Shown piece by piece: positions 9,597 through 19,124 of a DNA stretch of 44,907 nt (its first letter is position 1; each line of letters opens with the position of its first letter). The notes beneath the pieces are model-generated. The model worked only from the letters and a program-made list of their open reading frames with translations, ran no database searches and was not told where the DNA came from. The position numbers and the translations under genes were made by a program. Source of the stretch: an archaeon (GTDB lineage: Archaea > Nanobdellota > Nanobdellia > Pacearchaeales > GW2011-AR1); contig JBDRNU010000010.1 in the NCBI GenBank assembly GCA_043810775.1, forward strand, positions 1 through 44,907. The letters run 5' to 3'.

Positions 9597-10405
9597 TATT
9601 CAAAATACCTCACTCCATTTTTAAATATTTCCAAGCCGCCAGCATATTCAGGAATTTTCCCACCCTCTCTTTTTACCTGCTCCTTAATCCAAGTCCAGTG
9701 CGGAAGCTGAGTGAAATACATCCCTCTTTCTGGATGAGGCATCAGCCCAAAAATCCTTCCATCTTCATTAGTAATTCCTGCAATATCTTCAAGCGAGCCA
9801 TTAGGATTATAATCTTCATAACCAAGCCACTTGCAAACATCTCCTCTAACATATCTTGCTGCAACTAATCCCTTCTCGCTAATCTGTTTTAATACTTCAG
9901 GAGAAGCATGAAATTTTCCCTCTCCATGAGCAATAGGAATAGGAATTATCTTATTAATTCCAATAGTCCAATAGCTTTTTCCTTCAAATCTAATATCACA
10001 CCATCTATCCTTATATCTTGGAAAATCATTTGAAACTAAAGCAACTTGAGGCATTCCATAAACACCATCTAATGCAGGCAACAAGCCAAGTTTAGCTAGC
10101 ACTTGAAACCCATTGCAAATTCCAATTACTAGCTTCCCTTTATCTTGTGCAAAATCCAAGATTACCTCACCTAAATGATTCCGTATCTTATTGGCAAGAG
10201 CCTTTCCAGCACCAGTATGATCTCCATAAGAAAATCCTCCAGGAACAGCAAGAATCTGATAATTATCTAATTTATCATTTTTGCAAGCTAAATCATTAAC
10301 ATGTACTAACTTAGCAAGTCCTCCAGCTAGCTCAAAAGCTTTCTTAGTTTCATGATCACAATTAATTCCTTCTCCAGTAAGCACTAAAACATTTGGCTTA
10401 ATCAT
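9596..10405 (-). CDS. purQ: FGAM synthase glutaminase subunit
   Basis: GINCD, PGGFSYGD, GICNGFQ, IAHGEG, NPNGS, GLMPHPER. Confidence 0.97.
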   Translation of the reverse strand: MIKPNVLVLTGEGINCDHETKKAFELAGGLAKLVHVNDLACKNDKLDNYQILAVPGGFSYGDHTGAGKALANKIRNHLGEVILDFAQDKGKLVIGICNGFQVLAKLGLLPALDGVYGMPQVALVSNDFPRYKDRWCDIRFEGKSYWTIGINKIIPIPIAHGEGKFHASPEVLKQISEKGLVAARYVRGDVCKWLGYEDYNPNGSLEDIAGITNEDGRIFGLMPHPERGMYFTQLPHWTWIKEQVKREGGKIPEYAGGLEIFKNGVRYFE

Positions 10406-10420
10406 ATTTAAATTTTCTCC

Positions 10421-10462
10421 AATTTTCTTGAAAATTTAAATGCTTGAAAATTTTAATTTTCA
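10421..10462. repeat. Tandem hairpin element in the purL-purQ spacer
   Basis: AATTTTC-tt-GAAAATT followed by TGAAAATT-tt-AATTTTCA. Confidence 0.5.
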
Positions 10463-10468
10463 TTGTGT

Positions 10469-13400
10469 TTAAAAATCCTCAAAAGTTAATTTATATGGAA
10501 CCTGAACGCTTTCTGTACTTGAATCAATAATCTCTTTTCCATTCATTCCCTTAATTGAAAATCCTGTATCTTCTTTAACTTGCCCAATTAGTGAATAGAT
10601 AGTTCCCTGCATTAATTCTTCAAATCTTTCTCTATATTCAGGAGCAATACTTACAACTAATCTTCCCTGAGACTGAGAATACAAAGCAAAATCATCTCTA
10701 GAACAATCACAAGCAAGATTTTCAAAGCTAGCTTCAAGTCCTAAATTTCCAGCAATTGCACTTTTACTTAAAGCTACCCCTAATCCTCCCAAGCCAACAC
10801 TCTGGCAAGAAGCAACAAGCTCTTCATCAATTGCTTTTTCCAAAGCTTCATAAGTTTTCATATTTTTCTCAAGGTCAACCTTAGGAACTGAATTTCCAAT
10901 ATATCTCTGTCCCTTAATCTCCTCTCCTTTCATAGCAAAATACTCGCTTGCACCAAGCTCATCTCTAGTATATCCTAAAACATAAACCAAGTCTCCTACA
11001 TTTTTAAAGTCCAAAGATACAGCTTTAGTTGCATCATCCATTACAGCAGTAGCAGTAATAAGCAAAGCAGGAGGCACAGATATTTTAATAGGATTTCCAT
11101 TCTCATCATATCCTTTAAAATCATTAAACATGCTGTCTTTTCCAGATATAAATGAAGTCAAATAACCAACAGCATAATCATAACAAGCCCTGCATGCCTC
11201 TTTTAACTGGCCTAGCCTATGAGGATTCTTTGAACTAGACCAAAAAAAGTTATCTAATAATCTAATATTTTTTAACTTAGCCCCAACACTAACTGCATTT
11301 GCAATTGCACTGTCAATAGCACAAGCAGCCATATCATACGCACTTATATCACTATAAAAAGGATTATAACCCTGGCTTATTGCAACAGCTTTCTTTGAAT
11401 CCAAAACCGGCTTAAAAACAATAGCATTTGCATTTACTCTTCCCCTGCCTTGCAGTGGTTTAATTACAGAACTGCCCTGAACCTCATAATCATACTGCTG
11501 ATTAATAAATTCAATGCTTGTAATATTAGGCCTGGATAGCATAGCATGTAATGAATCAGTTAAATCAGCTAAGCACTCAAAATCTGGCTCTTGATAATTT
11601 CTTTTTATTAAAGCTGTTTTCATAGGCCTTTTTGGAGCACCATCATGCAAGAAATCCATATCAAGATCCATTATCTTACTCCCATTATCATAAACTACAG
11701 CTCTTCCTGAATCAGTAAATCTTCCGATAATAGTTGCTTCAACATCTCTTCCATTTAATAATTCTTCAAGCTGTGACCATTTTTCTTCTGGCACTGCAAG
11801 AGTCATTCTCTCTTGAGCTTCAGAAATCCATTTTTCCCAAGCAGCAAGTCCTTGATATTTAACAGGAGCTTTCTCTAGTTGAACTTCAAATCCTCCGCTT
11901 TCCTTAGCCATTTCACCAACAGAACAGCTCAATCCTCCAGCACCATTATCAGTTATGCTTCTATACAGCCCTAAATCTCTTGCTTCAAGTAAAGCATCAT
12001 GCATTTTTTTCTGAGTAAATGCGTCTCCAATCTGAACAGCAGTAGCAGGGCTTCCAGAATCCATTTCTTCAGATGAAAAAGTAGCTCCATGAATCCCATC
12101 TTTCCCAATTCTTCCCCCTACCATAACAATATAATCTCCTGACACTGCTTTTTTCAAATGACTTGGCTTTCCATTAATTTCCTTTGGCATAATGCCTGCA
12201 CTGCCAACAGGAACTATAGGTTTTCCACCATAGCCTTGGTAATCTTCGTCACTATCATCTAATTTATACCTTGATTCAAAAACAAGGCTAAAATGAGCTG
12301 TAGGAATTCCAGACTGATTTCCACCATCCCTCACTCCATCAACTATCCCATCTAGCAATCTTCTTGGAGAAAGCATTTTCTGTGTAAAATTCTTTCCTTT
12401 ATATAAAACTCTTTTATCATCAGGCAGCCCAACTCCAAAAGGTCCAGATAAATTATAAACAAGTTTAGCCCCCATTCCGCTTCCAAAAGGATCTCTATTA
12501 ACACCAACTATTCCTGTAATAGCTCCTCCATAAGGGTCTAAAGCAGAAGGAGAGTTGTGTGTCTCTACCTTAATGCAAAGATTATTATTTTCGTCAAATT
12601 CAATTATGCCAGCATTATCTGAAAATACAGAAATGCAGTCATCTCTTTCACCACTTTCTCTCTTTATCTCACTTATTTTTTCAGTTGCACCTTTAATATA
12701 CCTCTTCATTAAACCCTCTTCAATCTCATCCATAGGGTCACCAAAAATTGTATGCTTACAATGCTCACTCCAAGTCTGAGCTATAGATTCAAGCTCAATA
12801 TCAGTAGGATTTCTACTTTCTTCATTAAACATATAGTCTTTAATCGCATTCATATAAGTTAAATCTCCGTCTGCATCAACTAAAGCTAAAGGCCCTCTTC
12901 TCTCATTAGTTCTAGAATCTAAAATTCCAGCCTTGCCTATAAGTTCTAATTCAGAATCAGGCGCATTAAGAATATTTACTACATCAACTCCAAGAATTTT
13001 TTCTAGCTGAACTTTAGGAATTCTTATACCCATACCTTTATCTCTTCTAAATTCCTCTTGGCTCTTTACTCTTACTTTTTGAATTAAAGTATTAGCAAAA
13101 CTCTCTCCAATAGAAACAGCATCTTCCCCACTAATATTTCCTTTTAAGTATAAAGCTCTTGAAGAAAAAACCCCTTGATCTTCAAATTCAATTCCAATCT
13201 TATCAATTATACCGTCTCTAGCTGTTCTTCCAACATTATCAGTAACTCCTGGATGAAAGCCAATTTCTACCACACTATCAAACTCCTTATCAAAAATTGG
13301 TTCATTAACTCTGGCTGTCTCAAAAACAGGGTCAACTAACATAGAAACCACTTCATCTAATTGTTCTGAAGTTAGATCAGCATCAATGTTGTAAGCTTCA

Positions 13401-13507
13401 ACTAATCCAACATCATCAACAGAAAATCCTAAAGCATTTATTTTTTTCTTAATATCCAAAGCTCTAGAATCCTCAATTTTTGGCATCACCTCAATTCTGT
13501 GTGGCAT
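10469..13507 (-). CDS. purL: FGAM synthase PurL with fused N-terminal PurS-like region
   Basis: QTWSEHCKH, DNAG, KVETHNSPS, DNGAGG, SEAQERM, ISGKDS motifs, plus PGVTDNVG in the ~200-aa N-terminal extension. The true start is likely MPHRIEV at 13507, because the ORF-track start overlaps purO and the promoter region. Confidence 0.95.
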   Translation of the reverse strand: MPHRIEVMPKIEDSRALDIKKKINALGFSVDDVGLVEAYNIDADLTSEQLDEVVSMLVDPVFETARVNEPIFDKEFDSVVEIGFHPGVTDNVGRTARDGIIDKIGIEFEDQGVFSSRALYLKGNISGEDAVSIGESFANTLIQKVRVKSQEEFRRDKGMGIRIPKVQLEKILGVDVVNILNAPDSELELIGKAGILDSRTNERRGPLALVDADGDLTYMNAIKDYMFNEESRNPTDIELESIAQTWSEHCKHTIFGDPMDEIEEGLMKRYIKGATEKISEIKRESGERDDCISVFSDNAGIIEFDENNNLCIKVETHNSPSALDPYGGAITGIVGVNRDPFGSGMGAKLVYNLSGPFGVGLPDDKRVLYKGKNFTQKMLSPRRLLDGIVDGVRDGGNQSGIPTAHFSLVFESRYKLDDSDEDYQGYGGKPIVPVGSAGIMPKEINGKPSHLKKAVSGDYIVMVGGRIGKDGIHGATFSSEEMDSGSPATAVQIGDAFTQKKMHDALLEARDLGLYRSITDNGAGGLSCSVGEMAKESGGFEVQLEKAPVKYQGLAAWEKWISEAQERMTLAVPEEKWSQLEELLNGRDVEATIIGRFTDSGRAVVYDNGSKIMDLDMDFLHDGAPKRPMKTALIKRNYQEPDFECLADLTDSLHAMLSRPNITSIEFINQQYDYEVQGSSVIKPLQGRGRVNANAIVFKPVLDSKKAVAISQGYNPFYSDISAYDMAACAIDSAIANAVSVGAKLKNIRLLDNFFWSSSKNPHRLGQLKEACRACYDYAVGYLTSFISGKDSMFNDFKGYDENGNPIKISVPPALLITATAVMDDATKAVSLDFKNVGDLVYVLGYTRDELGASEYFAMKGEEIKGQRYIGNSVPKVDLEKNMKTYEALEKAIDEELVASCQSVGLGGLGVALSKSAIAGNLGLEASFENLACDCSRDDFALYSQSQGRLVVSIAPEYRERFEELMQGTIYSLIGQVKEDTGFSIKGMNGKEIIDSSTESVQVPYKLTFEDF

Positions 13508-13620
13508 AAGTATTCGTGCTTTTTTTTGTTTATAAGTATTTCTGTACTTTATAGTTTGTATTTTTTTATTACTTAATTCAGATGAACAGAATTTAAATAT
13601 TAGAAATATTAATGAAAAAT

Positions 13621-14433
13621 ATGGTAAATGATTTTTCAGCACTACAAGAAAAAGTTTATTCTGGAAGAGGTATTATCGCAGGATTAACTCCTTCTGGAAA
13701 ACCAGTAATGGCTTATTCGCTAACAGGAAGAAGCCCTTCAAGCCAGGCAAGAAAACTAGCATATGACTCAGTTTCAGGAGTAATAAGAACAGATGTCACT
13801 GACAGAGAACAGCTGGAAAAAGGAAGCCCTGCATTGCTAATTTATCCTGCAATGGTAGAATTAGATGAAATGATTATTGCTAGTAACGGCTCTCAAACAA
13901 GAATAATGTATGATAAATTCAAGAGATTGACAAGAGTCAAAGCTAAAGTTACAGCAGAAAGAATAATAAGAGATTCATTTGATTATAATTCTGGATTTCC
14001 TTTTATGGAAAGTTTTGAATATGATCCAAAAAGTCAAACATGGATTAACCTTACATCATATGAGCCAGATGCTCCAAATTTTACACCTAGGATAAATGCT
14101 ACAATAAAAGATGAAGAAGTGGTATTTGGTATACTTAAAAAAGATGAGTATCTTTCACATATTCCAAAAAGAGAATTCTGGAAATTTATACTTAATCCAG
14201 GGCAAGGATTTGGCCTAACCACCTATCAAGGAGGAAATGAAAATCCTCTTTTACCATTTGAAGGAGAATTATTAGAAGTAAAATTAGCTTCAGACTCTCC
14301 AGTTGAAATCTGCCAAGATATTTATGAAGCTATTTCCCATGGCGAAAAGCCAGGGGAAAACTATGCTGTCTCAGCTGCAGTAATGATTCAAGGTCAAGAA
14401 AAAGGAGTTTATATAATAAACAGGAATAAATAA
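13621..14433 (+). CDS. purO: IMP cyclohydrolase, PurO/Ntn-fold type
   Basis: YSGRGI, Y..TGRSPSSQAR, LIYP, SNGSQT, YEPDAPNFTPRI, TTY. Start is at 13621 or 13612. Confidence 0.88.
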   Translation: MVNDFSALQEKVYSGRGIIAGLTPSGKPVMAYSLTGRSPSSQARKLAYDSVSGVIRTDVTDREQLEKGSPALLIYPAMVELDEMIIASNGSQTRIMYDKFKRLTRVKAKVTAERIIRDSFDYNSGFPFMESFEYDPKSQTWINLTSYEPDAPNFTPRINATIKDEEVVFGILKKDEYLSHIPKREFWKFILNPGQGFGLTTYQGGNENPLLPFEGELLEVKLASDSPVEICQDIYEAISHGEKPGENYAVSAAVMIQGQEKGVYIINRNK

Positions 14434-14434
14434 G

Positions 14435-15727
14435 ATGCCAGAAAATCAAGAATCAAAGCTGGGAATAGTCGATGTAGATGCATTTCAAGAAGAAATTGAA
14501 TCATATTTCAAGGGAAATAAAGAAAAAATCCGAAAAATAATGGAAACACTGGCAAATAACTCCCAAATTTATGACATGACAAAGCTTGGAAGATACGGTG
14601 AAAATCCTCATCAAGTTGCTTCTGGTGGAAAACAAAGAGGATATAAAGGGCCAACAGTAATGAATCCTCCCCTGCATGGAAAGCCGCTAGGTTATAATAA
14701 TCTTAAAGATGCAAATGCTGCATTAGAAACAATTTTAGAATTCCAAGATAAACCAGCAGTAGTTGTGGTTAAACATAAAAATCCATGTGGACTAGCTACT
14801 GGCGAGAATCTTGCAGAAGCTTTTGAAAATGCGTGGTATGGAGATCAAATCAGCTCATTTGGGTCAGTAGTAGGATATTCCAAAATTGTCGACGAAGAAA
14901 CAGTCCAACTACTAAAAAATAAATTTGTAGAAGTAATAATAGCCCCAGGATACACAAATGGAGCTCTTGATTGGATAAAAAGTCAAAACTCAAAAAAAGA
15001 CTTAAGAGTTATTGATATAATGGGAGAAAAAGGAGACATTGAATTACCAAAAATAAAAGATTACAATGAATTAAATACTGTAATAGGTGGAATGCTAAAA
15101 CAAACTGCAAATCAGAAACTCTTCTTAACAAATTTAGAGGCCTTACTAGGAAGACCAGTAAAATACACAGAACTAAATTCAGGAAATGAATATATAGTAG
15201 GAACAGTAACACAAGAAAAATTTGATGAAAACCAACTAGGCTTAATAGAATTTGCATCAATTGCAGGAAAACACACTCATTCAAATGCAATTGTCCTAGC
15301 TTATGAATATGCAGGTGATAAATACAGAGTATTAGGAATGGGTGCAGGACAGCCAAATAGAATGGATTCAGCTAAAAAACTCGCCCTGCCAAAAGGAAGA
15401 GAAAATTTAATGAGACAATATTTTAGGATAAAAGGATTAGATTTTGCTCAAATGATGGATACCATGATTAATACGTGGCCAATTCAAAACTTAGAGACTT
15501 CAGCACCAATTGGAGAATACATTGATAAAATATTAGGGTCTGCCCGAGTTGTATTATATTCTGATGCAATGTTTCCAAAAAGAGATGGTTTAGACGCAGC
15601 CGTAGATATGGGGGTAAAATATGTTATACAACCAGGTGGCTCAAAAGCAGACGATGAGATAATAAAAGCTGCTAATGAATCTGAAATAGCAATGATATTT
15701 ACTGGAATGAGGCACTTCAAACACTAA
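14435..15727 (+). CDS. purH: AICAR formyltransferase (PurH lacking the N-terminal IMP cyclohydrolase domain)
   Basis: RYGENPHQ, GYNN..D, VKHKNPCG, SNAIV, GAGQPNR, SDAMFP, IQPGGS, RHFKH; no GRVKTLHP. Confidence 0.93.
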   Translation: MPENQESKLGIVDVDAFQEEIESYFKGNKEKIRKIMETLANNSQIYDMTKLGRYGENPHQVASGGKQRGYKGPTVMNPPLHGKPLGYNNLKDANAALETILEFQDKPAVVVVKHKNPCGLATGENLAEAFENAWYGDQISSFGSVVGYSKIVDEETVQLLKNKFVEVIIAPGYTNGALDWIKSQNSKKDLRVIDIMGEKGDIELPKIKDYNELNTVIGGMLKQTANQKLFLTNLEALLGRPVKYTELNSGNEYIVGTVTQEKFDENQLGLIEFASIAGKHTHSNAIVLAYEYAGDKYRVLGMGAGQPNRMDSAKKLALPKGRENLMRQYFRIKGLDFAQMMDTMINTWPIQNLETSAPIGEYIDKILGSARVVLYSDAMFPKRDGLDAAVDMGVKYVIQPGGSKADDEIIKAANESEIAMIFTGMRHFKH

Positions 15728-15728
15728 A

Positions 15729-16631
15729 ATGGCTGATAAAATAACTCAAATTTATCAAGGTGAATTTGAAGATTTTACCTGGGCTGGCTTTGGCTCTGGT
15801 TCTGGAACTAATCTTGCAGCTCTTGCTCAAGAAGTAAAACCACCAGCACTAATTTTCTGTGACAGGCCTTCAGCAGACTTGCTAGACCAAGAAAAGCGCC
15901 CAGAACTAAAAGATACTCCAAGAATTATTCTTAATGGCTATAAAGATTGCGGAAGCTATAAAGCACTAGATAAAATCACAATTCCAGAATCAAAGCAAGC
16001 AGCTCTTGATGAGTATATAGCAAAATGCAAGGTATTTAATGAGCATATTCTAGATGAATTGCGAAAATTTGAAAAAAAATCAGGAAAAAGACTTGACCTA
16101 ATAGTCCTCGGAGGATATATGAGATTTGTAATGGACCCTCTTTTAGAAGAATTTACAGACAGAATAATTAACGTACATCCATCTTGTCTCCTTTACAATC
16201 CAAGAGTAAAAGGAAAAAGAGATTTTATTGGAGAAGATGCAGTTTATGAAGCTATTAAAATAAAACAATGGACTACACACTCATCTGTAATAATTGTTGA
16301 CGAAGGAGAAGACCATGGAGAAATTCTCGCTCAAGGCCCAAAAGTGCCAGTTTGGGAAGAAATAAGGCAGCCTGAATTCAAAGAAGCAGATGAAAAACTC
16401 ATTAGAAAATACGCAAAAATTCATCAAGACAGGCAAAAAGAAGTAAGTGACTGGCCTGCATTTGTCTGGACTCTAGAGATGATAGCAAATTCAAGGCTAG
16501 CTTTAGGAAGTGAAAAAGTCCACTATAATGAATGGAGGCGAGTTTACTGGAAAAATAATAGTGAGTGGTTGGACAAGCTCCCATATGGAGGATTTTCAAC
16601 CCCTCACAAAGAAATAAAACTAGCAGCCTAA
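15729..16631 (+). CDS. purN: Folate-dependent GAR formyltransferase with insertions
   Basis: GSGSGTNL, LIVLGGYMR, IINVHPS, DHGEILAQ (catalytic Asn, His and Asp retained). Confidence 0.88.
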   Translation: MADKITQIYQGEFEDFTWAGFGSGSGTNLAALAQEVKPPALIFCDRPSADLLDQEKRPELKDTPRIILNGYKDCGSYKALDKITIPESKQAALDEYIAKCKVFNEHILDELRKFEKKSGKRLDLIVLGGYMRFVMDPLLEEFTDRIINVHPSCLLYNPRVKGKRDFIGEDAVYEAIKIKQWTTHSSVIIVDEGEDHGEILAQGPKVPVWEEIRQPEFKEADEKLIRKYAKIHQDRQKEVSDWPAFVWTLEMIANSRLALGSEKVHYNEWRRVYWKNNSEWLDKLPYGGFSTPHKEIKLAA

Positions 16632-16948
16632 TTCTTTTTTCTTTCTTTATATCCTCTAAAAAAACTAGCTATATAGCACATATCTCCATTAACATCAATA
16701 CTAATAGCCAATTCCTTATCGCCATTAGCACTTGAAATATAAAGATAAATCTCATCATTATAATAATGATTATAACCTCCTCCCCTCTCTTGCTTTGAAT
16801 ATTGCACATCCAAAGACTCCCCAGTAGTTAATTTACTGCTAAGATAATCAGCCATTCTAAGAAACTCCTTGAACATTTGATGAAATCTGAATTTTTTAAA
16901 TTCTTCATTTATTCTTTTTTCAAGTTCTTTATTCTTCATCTTCAACAC
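16628..16948 (-). CDS. Hypothetical protein
   Basis: ORF coupled to the upstream genes; no motif recognised. Confidence 0.6.
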   Translation of the reverse strand: MLKMKNKELEKRINEEFKKFRFHQMFKEFLRMADYLSSKLTTGESLDVQYSKQERGGGYNHYYNDEIYLYISSANGDKELAISIDVNGDMCYIASFFRGYKERKKN

Positions 16949-17315
16949 TCAAAAGAATTTTTTCAGGTTCATCTAGCCATGAATTTTTAGTATTTCTCAA
17001 GCAAAGCTGCGCATAATACAAAGCACGTTCACAAGTATCAGGCCTTGGAAAACATCCAAATCCAGGCAAGCATCCAACTCCCAGCCCTCTAGTAACAGGC
17101 GGAAAAAGTTCTTTGTCATTTTTTCCCCATACAGGAACAACAGAGACTACACTTTTCCTGTCAAAATAAACATCATAACACTTGTCTTCACTATCTTTAA
17201 CTGCTATAACTCCTTCTGCTAGTTTATATGAGTCAATTATTTCTATATCTGGACAATTTCTTTTCATTCTCATATAGCATTTTTCTATTCTCTCTACTAG
17301 TTCGGACTCTTTCAT
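16929..17315 (-). CDS. Hypothetical protein
   Basis: ATGA overlap with the HD gene; several Cys residues; no motif recognised. Confidence 0.65.
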   Translation of the reverse strand: MKESELVERIEKCYMRMKRNCPDIEIIDSYKLAEGVIAVKDSEDKCYDVYFDRKSVVSVVPVWGKNDKELFPPVTRGLGVGCLPGFGCFPRPDTCERALYYAQLCLRNTKNSWLDEPEKILLSVEDEE

Positions 17316-17968
17316 TTTAACTTGCCTCCATTTTTAATCAACTCAAAAAGTTTTAAGATATTCCTATACTTTCCTTCATTTCTCAGCTTTCTGGCACTTT
17401 TAGTATGATATTTATGCCCTTCAAGAAGTTTTAATGAACCTTCATACCATCCTCTTCCCTCAGGAATTCCTAATTCCTTTCTTACCCCATCACCGCACTC
17501 AAAAAATTCATCACCCCCAAAATTCCACAAATCAGCATCACATATTATTTCTTCAAGCAAATCTTGAGGAATTTGAGGCATCTTTGTAGCTAAAACTAAT
17601 CTAGAACTGTCTTTAGCTATCTTATCACTAAATCCAATTAAAGGAAAATAATGCCTCACAAATAAAGCACTTCTTTTTTCATTTTCCTGCGAGTAACTAG
17701 CTGAACCATTATTTCTAATTACTTCAACGACAATATCATGGCTAAAGCCTGCAGCAGCTAGTGATAGTCTGCCATCATAATCAATTCCTTCTTCATCAGC
17801 AATTAGCAAAGCTGTACTAACAAGATAATCAGCATGCTTTTTATTATGATAAGGCAGATTAGGCATTAAAATTCCAGCCATATAATCTAACTTCACTAAT
17901 TTTTCTTCATCTTGTTCATTAAATTTATTTTTCATTTTCTCTCTATCCTTCATAATCATATAGTTCAC
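17312..17968 (-). CDS. HD-domain metal-dependent phosphohydrolase (PDEase-like subgroup)
   Basis: PYHN..H, FSHD, NE..SA, LATKMPQ.P, ICDADL. The start may be a later ATG (about 17935). Confidence 0.88.
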   Translation of the reverse strand: MNYMIMKDREKMKNKFNEQDEEKLVKLDYMAGILMPNLPYHNKKHADYLVSTALLIADEEGIDYDGRLSLAAAGFSHDIVVEVIRNNGSASYSQENEKRSALFVRHYFPLIGFSDKIAKDSSRLVLATKMPQIPQDLLEEIICDADLWNFGGDEFFECGDGVRKELGIPEGRGWYEGSLKLLEGHKYHTKSARKLRNEGKYRNILKLFELIKNGGKLK

Positions 17969-18069
17969 AGAATATAAGAAATCTTTTAGTAGAATTTACA
18001 CATTAACCTCAATATTTAAATACTTATTAAGTTTTATAAGTAAAAGTAAATTAATGGTTTTAAATAAAA

Positions 18070-19113
18070 ATGAAGCTTAGATATAATATGAGATACTTGC
18101 AAGAAAAATCTGCAGATAGAAAACCAAAGATTGATTTAAAAGATAAAAAAATACTCTGCCAGCTAGCTGGGAATGCACGTCTTCATGCTACCCAAATCGG
18201 GAAAAATGTAGGGCTTTCAAGAGATGTTGTCTCATACAGGATAAAAAATCTAACTGACAACGGAATAATACAAGGATACAGGACAGTTATAGATATAAAA
18301 AAAATGGGTTATGTCCCCTATCATCTTTTTATTAGCTTGACTAAAACAACTAAAGATATAGAGCAAAAACTAATTTATAGGCTGAGTAAATTCCCATTCA
18401 TGCGAGCTGTGTTAAAATTCGCAGGAAAATATGACCTTGAACTGGCATTTATAGCTAGAAATATGGAAGACTTAGATGAAAATTTAAATACAATAATTGA
18501 AGCCTGTTCAAAATACTTGCAAGACTATGAGCTTCTCTCAATTTCAAGATACCATAAATTAGGGGCATTTCCAACAAGTTTTTATTCAGACTGCCATGTT
18601 CCAGCTCAATTTGAAAAAAAAGATTATAATGGTGATTTTAAGCAATTAATTAAAGACAAGAAAAACATTCAAATCCTGAAAACAATTGCAGACAATGGTA
18701 ATCTCGAGCTTTATAAAATTGCAGACAAGTGCAAATTAAGCCCTGATGCAGTTAATTACAGGATGAAAAAAATGATAGAATCAGGTTTAATAACTAAATT
18801 TGTCCCAGTAATAAATTACTCTGCACTTTCTTATAACATTTATGCTATCTTGTTAAATATTCAGGGACTTATTAAAGAAAAGGAAAAATTGCTCTTAAAT
18901 TGCTTAAATGAAGATAACAATATTTTATGGGCAGTTAAAACAGTTGGCAAGTACAATGTCTTGCTATATGTCTGCGTGAAAAATGCAGATGAAGTTCACA
19001 ATACACTAAAAAATATTAGAAATACCTTTTCAGCTGACATAAAAAGTCATGAAACGCTGATTGCTTATGAATCATATAAGTATACTTATTTTCCTAGCTA
19101 TATCTCAATTTAA
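18070..19113 (+). CDS. Tandem (double) Lrp/AsnC-family transcriptional regulator
   Basis: Two HTH+RAM units: DLKDKKIL..IGKNVGLSRDVVSYRIKNL..GKYD and NIQILK..IADKCKLSPDAVNYRMKKM..GKYN. Confidence 0.92.
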   Translation: MKLRYNMRYLQEKSADRKPKIDLKDKKILCQLAGNARLHATQIGKNVGLSRDVVSYRIKNLTDNGIIQGYRTVIDIKKMGYVPYHLFISLTKTTKDIEQKLIYRLSKFPFMRAVLKFAGKYDLELAFIARNMEDLDENLNTIIEACSKYLQDYELLSISRYHKLGAFPTSFYSDCHVPAQFEKKDYNGDFKQLIKDKKNIQILKTIADNGNLELYKIADKCKLSPDAVNYRMKKMIESGLITKFVPVINYSALSYNIYAILLNIQGLIKEKEKLLLNCLNEDNNILWAVKTVGKYNVLLYVCVKNADEVHNTLKNIRNTFSADIKSHETLIAYESYKYTYFPSYISI

Positions 19114-19124
19114 TCTGTCTAACC

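Noticed and set aside
13508-13642. 45-aa N-terminal extension of PurL in the ORF track, superficially like a signal peptide
   Set aside because: It runs through the divergent promoter region and overlaps purO; the ATG at 13507 has a TATA at the usual distance.
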